Origin: Candidatus Nanosyncoccus sp.
Lineage (GTDB): Bacteria; Patescibacteriota; Saccharimonadia; Saccharimonadales; Saccharimonadaceae
Direction: 5' to 3'
Assembly: GCA_045642865.1 (NCBI GenBank)
Contig: JAZUJS010000081.1
Coordinates: forward strand, 1 to 53,007
Length of the DNA stretch: 53,007 nucleotides
Positions 1 through 7,800 of the stretch are shown one piece after another. Numbering within the stretch: position 1 is the first letter of the stretch; every line of letters starts with the position of its first letter. The position numbers and the translations under genes were made by a program. A model generated the notes under the pieces. The model was not told where the DNA came from and searched no databases. It saw nothing but the letters and a program-made list of their open reading frames with translations.

Positions 1-140
1 GAGAGTAGAACACGGCGAAGTGAATTACCAAGAGTGTTACCATAACCGTAGTAGAGCGGTTTAATCGTAAACTCAGCACTGTTTTCGCCAAGTTCTTTGA
101 CGTTAGCGAGAGCAGCTTCATGGATAGTTTTAGTTGTCAT
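1..140 (-). CDS. rpoA: RNA polymerase alpha subunit, 5' part (runs off window)
   Basis: Manual translation from ATG at 140: MTTKTIHEAALANVKELGENSAEFTIKPLYYGYGNTLGNSLRRVLL; GxGxTLGNxLRRVLL motif; follows rpsD. Confidence 0.95.
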   Translation of the reverse strand, partial: MTTKTIHEAALANVKELGENSAEFTIKPLYYGYGNTLGNSLRRVLL

Positions 141-155
141 ATTCTAGTTTTCTCC

Positions 156-773
156 TTAGCGTGAGTAATACTCAACGATTAATTGCTCATTAATGCCCAC
201 CTCAGCTTCTTCGCGCTTTGGTAAACCGGTAACTTCGATTTTCATGTTTTTGGCGTCAGCCTTCATCCAGGAAAGTGGAAGTTGGCCAGCAGCACCGACA
301 ATGTTGTCAAGGTTCTTAAAGTATTCAGTTTTCGTTGATCTTGGACGAACTTCGAGGACGTCACCAGCATTCAAGCGAATGGATGGGATATCAACACGAC
401 GACCATTCAAGAGGAAGTGACCGTGAGAAACGAGTTGGCGAGCTTGGCGGCGAGTAGTCGCGAAGCCGGCACGATAAACAGCGTTATCAAGACGGCGTTC
501 CAAGAACTCAAGAAGTTTTTCGCCAGTAAGGCCTTCAGACTTTTGAGCTTCTTTCATTAATTTTGCGAATTGCTTTTCGAGTAGGCCGTAAGTGCGGCGA
601 ACTTTTTGCTTTTCGCGGAGCTGAGTTAGGTAGAGGCTACCACCCCGGACACGCATATCACCATGTTCACCTGGAATACCAGATTTTTTAGCCATGACTT
701 TATGGGCTTTAGGGGCGAGAGCAACACCTTCACGACGGCTCTGTTTTACAATAGGGGAATTATCACGAGCCAT
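156..773 (-). CDS. rpsD: 30S ribosomal protein S4 (no N-terminal Zn cysteines)
   Basis: QLREKQK..YG..EKQF, LERRLDNAVYRAGFA.TRRQARQLVSHGH, EQLIVEYYSR. Confidence 0.98.
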   Translation of the reverse strand: MARDNSPIVKQSRREGVALAPKAHKVMAKKSGIPGEHGDMRVRGGSLYLTQLREKQKVRRTYGLLEKQFAKLMKEAQKSEGLTGEKLLEFLERRLDNAVYRAGFATTRRQARQLVSHGHFLLNGRRVDIPSIRLNAGDVLEVRPRSTKTEYFKNLDNIVGAAGQLPLSWMKADAKNMKIEVTGLPKREEAEVGINEQLIVEYYSR

Positions 774-1210
774 TATGGTTTCCTTTCACCTTTCGGTCGC
801 ACACCACCGTGAGCGATTGGAGTCACGTCAGTAATGCTGTCGATTTTAATACCAAAGCTAGAGACGGCACGAATGGCGCTGTCACGACCAAGACCAATAC
901 CCTTGACGTAAACGTCGACGGAATTTAGACCATGATCTTTCTTAGCTTTTTCGAGAGCTTTCTCAGCGGCGATACCTGCAGCGTAAGCTGTACCCTTCTT
1001 GGAACCGCGGAAGCCGTTGGCGCCAGCGGATGAAGTAGTTAAGATTTCGCCTTTTTTATCGGTAACGCTAATGATAGTGTTATTGAAGGTAGCTTGAATA
1101 TGGAGCTCGCCTGCATTAACAACGCGTTTGCCTTTTTTAGCAGCTTTAGATTTAGGAGCTTTTTCAGCTTCAGTAGCTGCAACAGTAGTAGTTTGAACTT
1201 CTTCTGCCAT
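773..1210 (-). CDS. rpsK: 30S ribosomal protein S11
   Basis: HIQATFNNTI, GFRGSKKGTAYAA, DVTPIAHGG. Confidence 0.98.
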   Translation of the reverse strand: MAEEVQTTTVAATEAEKAPKSKAAKKGKRVVNAGELHIQATFNNTIISVTDKKGEILTTSSAGANGFRGSKKGTAYAAGIAAEKALEKAKKDHGLNSVDVYVKGIGLGRDSAIRAVSSFGIKIDSITDVTPIAHGGVRPKGERKP

Positions 1211-1225
1211 ATTTTATTCTCCTTT

Positions 1226-1612
1226 CTAAGTTTTACTTGCTGCTTTTGGTTGTGCACCACCGACCGCGATCGCCTTACCCTTACGTGTACGTGCGTTCGT
1301 ACGAGTACGTTGGCCGTTGACTGGTAATTTAGCCTTGTGGCGGATGCCTTTGTAGGAGTTAATATCCTTAAGGCGCTTGATATTGTTACTCACGAGGCGC
1401 TTCAAATCACCTTCAACATGATATTTCGCGGAAATAATGTCGTTGATTTTTTGTTCGTCAGCCTCGGTGAGATCTTTCACCCGAGTGGTAGGCTCAATTT
1501 TAGCCTCCGCAAGGATGGCTTTGGAGGTTGTACGTCCAATTCCGTAAACGTAGGTTAGAGCAATCCAAACCTGTTTTTCGGAAGGGATGACAACGCTAGC
1601 TATTCTAGCCAT
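1226..1612 (-). CDS. rpsM: 30S ribosomal protein S13
   Basis: [37 protein letters not shown]. Confidence 0.98.
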   Translation of the reverse strand: MARIASVVIPSEKQVWIALTYVYGIGRTTSKAILAEAKIEPTTRVKDLTEADEQKINDIISAKYHVEGDLKRLVSNNIKRLKDINSYKGIRHKAKLPVNGQRTRTNARTRKGKAIAVGGAQPKAASKT

Positions 1613-1617
1613 ATATT

Positions 1618-1734
1618 TTAACCCTGCCTTTGCTTATTCTTAGGTTTTTTCTTATTAATGACACGTAGCACACCTTTGCGGCGGACAATGATGTCATCAG
1701 GGGAGATTTTTTTAACACTTGCACGTACTTTCAT
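1618..1734 (-). CDS. rpmJ: 50S ribosomal protein L36, Zn-free type (38 aa; not in ORF track)
   Basis: Manual translation [38 protein letters not shown]; position between infA and rpsM. Confidence 0.97.
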   Translation of the reverse strand: MKVRASVKKISPDDIIVRRKGVLRVINKKKPKNKQRQG

Positions 1735-1759
1735 GTGTTAAAAGATTCCTTTCTTTTAT

Positions 1760-1865
1760 GTCACAGTTAGCGCATAAGAGAATACAGGAACTTACATTCC
1801 TATTTAGACTTTAACGCTAAAATTCTCGTAACACTTCGCGAAAAATGTGTTATGAAAACTGTAAC
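1760..1865 (-). promoter_or_regulatory. Candidate structured mRNA leader upstream of rpmJ-rpsM-rpsK-rpsD-rpoA
   Basis: Five nested helices identified by eye, with G-U pairs valid on the minus strand (see findings). Confidence 0.55.
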
Positions 1866-1873
1866 GGTTAATA

Positions 1874-2098
1874 TTAATCTTTGAGACGAAAGCTGATTCT
1901 GCCCTTTGTAAGATCGTAAGGGGTTAACTCAACCTCGACTCTGTCGCCTGGAACAAGACGAATGTAGTTCTTACGCATACGTCCGCTCATATGGGCAACA
2001 ATAATATGACCATTCTCGAGTTCGACCCGAAATTGGGTGTTAGGCAAGGCTTCAGCAACCTTACCAGTGAGTTTAATCACTTCTTTTTGACTAGCCAT
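1874..2098 (-). CDS. infA: Translation initiation factor IF-1
   Basis: [47 protein letters not shown]. Confidence 0.98.
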   Translation of the reverse strand: MASQKEVIKLTGKVAEALPNTQFRVELENGHIIVAHMSGRMRKNYIRLVPGDRVEVELTPYDLTKGRISFRLKD

Positions 2099-2162
2099 AA
2101 ATTACCTTGTAATAATAGCACAACATGCGCAAAAAATCAATATGAAAATCGGACTTTTTTAA

Positions 2163-2867
2163 TTATTCGGCCAAGACCGCGCGAACAAAGATGCGCGACA
2201 TGTATGTATTTTGATTAAAACTCCACTCACCGTTGCAGCTAATCAGAGTGAGGCTTTCTTTACCTTTCTCGACGGGCGTAAAGGCTTGTTTCATATATTC
2301 GCCTGCCTGTTCATTTAATAGTGAGGTAACTTCAACAATTCTGTATTGATAAATTCTGTCGCTACCACCAACTTCAATTTTAATGATGTCGCCATTTTTG
2401 ACGCTTGGGAGATCTCTAAAAATACCACTTTCGGTCGGACCACCACTATGACCGTCAATAACCACGACACCGCCTTCGCCTGGACGAGCGGAATTATTAT
2501 ACCAACCAGCATCATAGATGTTGTTTGGTGCAGCCATATTGCCGTCTGCCGTCTCACCCAATGATACAATGCGTGATTTACTAACGCCTAGCGCATCAAT
2601 TGTAATATAGCGCGGATTTCCGTCCGGAACGGTATATTCGACAATTTGAGTTTCGGTTGGTTTTTCTTCTATGATTGGCTCGACGTTCGTTTGGGATTGA
2701 TTCTTGGCAACGTTTACCGATACGGAGCGTTCAGAACCCTCTTTTGATTCATAATAATTATGCTCCCAGATTGCGGTGCGCACAAAGAATATTACCACTA
2801 CGAGCAGGAGGATAATCCAGATGGTACGAGCAATAAATTTTTTCCAGTTATTAATCTTGAGGCTCAT
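2163..2867 (-). CDS. Class F sortase
   Basis: N-terminal TM; AGWY..S.RPG..G.VVIDGH, LTLISC.G, Y.SR.FVRA (His/Cys/Arg triad); overlaps secY 3' end by 17 nt. Confidence 0.85.
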   Translation of the reverse strand: MSLKINNWKKFIARTIWIILLLVVVIFFVRTAIWEHNYYESKEGSERSVSVNVAKNQSQTNVEPIIEEKPTETQIVEYTVPDGNPRYITIDALGVSKSRIVSLGETADGNMAAPNNIYDAGWYNNSARPGEGGVVVIDGHSGGPTESGIFRDLPSVKNGDIIKIEVGGSDRIYQYRIVEVTSLLNEQAGEYMKQAFTPVEKGKESLTLISCNGEWSFNQNTYMSRIFVRAVLAE

Positions 2868-4284
2868 CGCTATAATCGTCGTAGGTTACCATTAGCGCGC
2901 GCGAGTCGAGCGAGCGGAGGTTTTCGAGTGCCACCGTCACTACGATCAGAATACCTGTACCTGAGATTGAGACGCCAAGCGGGGCGCCAGTGATAATAAT
3001 AAATATGTAATCCGTAATAAATGGAAGCAAGGCAATTAGGCCGAGTGCCAAGGAACCGAAGAGGTTGAGGCGACTGAGCATTTTGCTGAGATATTTGGCC
3101 GTAGAAACGCCTGGACGAACGCCCTCAATAAAGCCACCTTGCTTTTGTAGGTTGTCGGCGATTTCATTCGTATTGAACATGATTGACGTATAGAAGTAGG
3201 TGAAGGCAATCACTAAAATGAGATAAAGTGCTGGATAGACAAACCATTGACCAGTGATGCCGTTTGGATAGAGTGCGGAATAGTTGTCGGCGGAAGGAGC
3301 GGTGAAGGTGGCGGTAAGGCCAGCTGCGACTTCGTTCCCTGGGTCGGCAGAAGTAATGACTTGACCAACGAGAGCCGGAAGTGAAAGGAAGGCGGTCGCA
3401 AAGATAACTGGAATAACGCCGGCAGCAATCAATTTGATTGGTAGAATTGATTTGATGCCACCATAGCTAGTGTTGCCATGGACACGCTTCGCGTAGTTAA
3501 TAGTGACGACGCGCTGAGCTTCATTGAGCTTAACGAGGAAGTAGATAACAATTATAAGGGCAACAATCAGGCCGAGACCAGTCCAGAAGAAGAATGGATT
3601 GACTGGAAGATCGATAAAACCAAAGAGGTTGAGTGAACCATTTGAGGTATCAAACAAGGCTTGACCGAATTGACCGATTGTTTTTGGAAGTTGACCAACG
3701 ATAGATGCAAGGATGATGGTAGAAGTACCATTGCCAATACCCTGCTCAGTAATAAGCTCGCCGAGCCACATCAAGATAATGGAGCCTGCGGTCATTGCAG
3801 TAATTGAGAGAGCCCAGTCAACAAAGGTTGGCTCAAATGAGATTGCGGCGTTATCATTAATGGTGACGTTGTAGAAAATAAAGATGTAGGCAATTGATTG
3901 AATAATTGCTAGAGGTACGGTGAGGATACGAGTCCATTGGTTAATCTTACGGCGGCCAGTTTCACCATCTTGCGAGAGTTCTTCGAGGGCTGGAATAGCC
4001 TTGGTGAGCAACTGGATAATGATTGAACCGGTAATATATGGTGAAATACCGATTAGAATAATACTAAAGCTAGCGAAACCACCACCCGAAACGAGATTAA
4101 GGAAGCTGGCAAAATCGGATTTCTCCATCAAATTGGAGATGGCGCTTTGGAACGTAGCTGTATCGCCCATCGGGATTGGCACATAAGCCAAGAAGCGATA
4201 AGCGACGATAATGCCAAAAATGATGAAGATGCGCTTCAACATTTCTTTATTCTTTAGGGATTTGAAAATGGTCTTGAAATGCAT
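2851..4284 (-). CDS. secY: Preprotein translocase SecY
   Basis: SI..IGISPYITGSIIIQLL, WLGELITEQGIGNG, GGFIEGVRPG, GTGILIVV. Confidence 0.98.
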   Translation of the reverse strand: MHFKTIFKSLKNKEMLKRIFIIFGIIVAYRFLAYVPIPMGDTATFQSAISNLMEKSDFASFLNLVSGGGFASFSIILIGISPYITGSIIIQLLTKAIPALEELSQDGETGRRKINQWTRILTVPLAIIQSIAYIFIFYNVTINDNAAISFEPTFVDWALSITAMTAGSIILMWLGELITEQGIGNGTSTIILASIVGQLPKTIGQFGQALFDTSNGSLNLFGFIDLPVNPFFFWTGLGLIVALIIVIYFLVKLNEAQRVVTINYAKRVHGNTSYGGIKSILPIKLIAAGVIPVIFATAFLSLPALVGQVITSADPGNEVAAGLTATFTAPSADNYSALYPNGITGQWFVYPALYLILVIAFTYFYTSIMFNTNEIADNLQKQGGFIEGVRPGVSTAKYLSKMLSRLNLFGSLALGLIALLPFITDYIFIIITGAPLGVSISGTGILIVVTVALENLRSLDSRALMVTYDDYSDEPQD

Positions 4285-4353
4285 GGATACCTCTACAAAA
4301 ATTAACTATATCTATAATATCACAGATTTGAGTAAATTGTGGAAAAAAATTGT

Positions 4354-4381
4354 TTGACTTTTTATAAGTTTGATATATAAT
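4354..4381 (+). promoter_or_regulatory. sigma70 promoter of the tRNA pair
   Basis: TTGACT (4354-4359), 16-nt spacer, TATAAT (4376-4381), 10 nt before tRNA-Ala. Confidence 0.7.
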
Positions 4382-4391
4382 AGAGTGCACT

Positions 4392-4468
4392 GGGGTAATA
4401 GCTCAGCTGATTAGAGCGCTGCCTTTGCAAGGCAGAGGTCCAGGGTTTGAATCCCTGTTACTCCACCA
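4392..4468 (+). tRNA. tRNA-Ala (UGC)
   Basis: Acceptor GGGGTAA/TTACTCC with G3-U70; anticodon arm CTGCC-TT TGC AA-GGCAG; encoded CCA. Confidence 0.96.
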
Positions 4469-4473
4469 CACCA

Positions 4474-4550
4474 GGGGATATAGCTCAGCTGGTTAGAGCG
4501 CGTCACTGATAATGACGAGGTCTGTGGTTCAAGTCCACATATCCCCACCA
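4474..4550 (+). tRNA. tRNA-Ile (GAU)
   Basis: Acceptor GGGGATA/TATCCCC; anticodon arm CGTCA-CT GAT AA-TGACG; GGTTCAAGTCC T arm; encoded CCA. Confidence 0.97.
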
Positions 4551-4559
4551 TCAAATCCA

Positions 4560-4582
4560 AACAGCCGTAGGCTGTTATTTTT
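4560..4582 (+). terminator. Intrinsic terminator after tRNAs
   Basis: AACAGCC-GTA-GGCTGTT followed by ATTTTT. Confidence 0.7.
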
Positions 4583-4595
4583 GTTGCTCTGCATC

Positions 4596-4620
4596 AAAAA
4601 TACACGAGCGAAGCTCGTGT
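4596..4620 (-). terminator. Intrinsic terminator of the giant secreted protein gene
   Basis: ACACGAGC-GAA-GCTCGTGT hairpin; ATTTTT follows on the minus strand. Confidence 0.65.
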
Positions 4621-4832
4621 GGATTTGGTGGAAAGACGCCCAGCGATAGAGCTCCAAAGGAGCTCTTAGAGCGGGCGGATTACCATTTTTAGTACCTTGG
4701 AGCCAGTTCGCGGCGATAGGTCGTGTGGATTTGGTGGAAAGACGCCCAGCGATAGAGCTCCAAAGGAGCTCTTAGAGCGGGCGGATTACCAATTTTAGTA
4801 CCTTGGAGCCAGTTCGCGGCGATAGGTCGTGT
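4615..4832. repeat. Tandem duplication, 2 x 106 bp (4615-4720, 4721-4826) plus terminal TCGTGT; includes the last 11 codons and stop of the upstream gene
   Basis: Copies identical except one base (TACCATTTT vs TACCAATTT); TCGTGT at 4615, 4721 and 4827. Confidence 0.95.
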
Positions 4833-7800
4833 AGATGGTTGGCTTCTCGGTGGATTCAGATTTGCTATAAAGTTGCGCAAATGGCGACAACTTAATAATT
4901 TCGGCCGGAATAGCAGAGTATTTACCGGTTCCGGCACCATAGGTGCGGCCTAGATCGATTTTATCTGCAACGATCACACCATTAATCACAAGTTGGTTCG
5001 AGCGACCAGCTGCATTTACGTCTGACACGTCTGAACACGTGTTAATTGTGCCTTCGGTTACGAGCCATGCATTAACCTCTTGGACGCCACATTCAATATT
5101 AATCGATTTTGCGTAAATAACATATTCTGGAATTTGGTTTGGATTGGTATAAACTTGGTCCTCGTAAAGCAAGTTGCTACCAATCGTGATTGTACCAGTA
5201 CTATATATTACATGCGATTTCGTAATAGAGAGTGGCATAGATGATACGATGCGCGTATTGGCACCATTTAGCTGCGTGTAGCGAGTATCGTCATCTTCGT
5301 TATAGTAGGCAGCATTGGCAAGATCAATCGAAGTATCGTTAACTACCTTGAGATTTTTACTGGCGACAAAGCTAGAATAGATTGCGTTCCTAAATGAGCC
5401 GAGCCCGTTAGTGGCGCCAAGTCTGGCATTCTTATTACTACCACTTACACAGTTGTTCGGGAAGGTTAGAGGAATATTCTTACAATAGTCCGTACTAGCC
5501 GAGCCACCTGGGTCAAGAGTCAAATTGCCATTTAGGTTGGAAGTGTATCCATATGCTGCACCAGTAGCCATACCGATTGTGCCATAGTTCGTGATGATGC
5601 CCTGCTCAGACCACGAACCGAAGCTACGTGTAGAGCTATAACCAGCTGGGATTTTATTGGAGACACTGGCCTGGATAAGACCATTCGAGAATAGGCTACC
5701 ACCCCAAATCTGGAAGGAAGGTTTTTTGGCGATAACTTTACAGACCGGTTGACCGATATACCATTGACCATCTCCGTTCGTGCTCATATTCGTATCGTAA
5801 CCGCTCGTAGCTGGGTAGACTGCCGCTACCGCACAGAAGTATTTACCAGCACCAACATCTTTAATTGGAAAAGCATTAACGATTACTCTTTCTTCTGAGC
5901 CGTCTATATTACTAGAATCATTTATGTCCTTTGAGGCGAATGCAACTTGATTGCAGTCTTGGCGATCACTGCCACTACAAGAATCATCACTGTAGCTCGT
6001 ATGACCATTGGTGAATGACTGATCCCAGTCGGAATAGAATGTATAGAGTCGAGCTTGTGTGTTTGGAGACTTAGTGGCATAGAATCCATTAGTCGTATTA
6101 TTCTGGCGTTTCTGGTTAACAACATTGACCTCGATGGTCGCTGTTTCGCCCGTATAAGCTTTGTTGGTTAAGAAAGAAGTAGTGTTTGTGTTGATATAGT
6201 TATATGGCACAACCACGCTCGAAGTAGCGTTCTTTCTGTCGTTATTGTAGGCAAAAGTAACGTATTGGTGAGTACAGTCCAGGTCGGCATCAATGTATTT
6301 ATATTGTTCTGGCAAGCCTTCTGGATCGTATTCTGGGTCATCTTCTGGGATTTTTTCCTTATATTGCGCATCAAGACACATCCATGAGTGCGAGCTTGGT
6401 TCATTGATTTTTACCTGAGTTGGATATCCCGACTCGATAGTCTCGTTTAAGGTCTTACCAACCTCAGAAGGAAGAACCCAATGCTGATCGGCTAAGGTTT
6501 TAACTCCATAATCGCCAAAAGTAAACGTTTTGGTGCCACTATTATACGAATCAAAATTGCTAGCACTAATCGTATATTGGTTCTGCCAGCTAATTACTGT
6601 CGAAATTGGTTTAGTGACCAACTGGCCAGATACTTCCTGCTCAAAACGTTGCCCTTCGGAGTTTTTATCGTAATAGTTTTTACTCTTATATGCGTTTGAC
6701 CCCGTTCTGTCTCTTACTGGATGCTGGTTACTATCGCTTGGGCTGTGAATCGGGTTAGTAACCTCGGTATTCGCTGTCGCCTGGACTCCAGGATAATAGC
6801 AGTTATTAAATTCAACTTGATCGCCTGGTTTTGCGTAGACGAGGCTAGATGGACCAGAGCCAATAGAGACATTTTGCACGCTCGACGATACCTGGACATG
6901 ACCCTCTGTTCCGGATTGAGTCATAGCCGTTAAGCCTGGGCATGAACCTTGGCTTGGCTGCTCCGGAGTAGGGTCGCCACCGTCATCATCACCGTCATCA
7001 TCATTACCACCATTTTCATTCACATTTACGGTTTTACAGGCAGTAGTTGACGCCTTCCCTTCCGCAACCGTAATAGTTTCGCAGAATTGATATGAGCCAT
7101 TCTGATTAAAGGTAATGTCGTAAACGTCGCGAACCAAGAACGCGGTACCTGAGGAGTTTTTGTATTGACGTTCCGTAGTGTAGCGGCCATCCTGGCTAAC
7201 ATTAATTGGATTGCTGCCAGCCGTTGATGAGCCACTCTCACCGGTACTGTAGTCAGAAGGCCCCGTAGCCTTAAGAGTGTAATTCGACGAAGGACTATAA
7301 ATTGCATCCGTGCGCGTCAGCTTCCATTTCACGCTGCTACTGATTTTTTTGGATGCGAAGATATTATGCGCAAAAGCCACGCGAATAGTTTCACCTTTTT
7401 TGATATTGACCGTATCAGTAACGCTTCCGGACGAAGCAATACTGGTTTGAGTTGAGCCACTGGATGTATTCGTACCCTTACTGACACGCGAGCGAGACAT
7501 ATATTCGCTAGCATCATCCTTGGCCGTGATTGTTTTGCAGGCCTTAGAAGAACGGCGCGGTTCTTCAGATGTTATGGTAATCATTTCGCAAAATTTATAT
7601 GTGCCAGGATTATTGAAAGTGACAGTGCCCGAATTTACACGGATAAACTGGCGATTTCCACCGGGTCCACTCTCGGAAATGACATAGTCCATAACTCGAT
7701 TTTTCATTCCATAAATAACATTATTTTTTTCCTTGGAATTTATTATTCCCGAACCATTAACCGTTTTACTTTCCAGTCCATTTACTTCATAATCAGTACC

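Noticed and set aside
4615-4832. Diversity-generating retroelement TR/VR pair at the 3' end of the giant gene
   Set aside because: The copies differ at one non-coding base only, with no adenine-specific mismatches in the coding part, and no reverse transcriptase is in the window.
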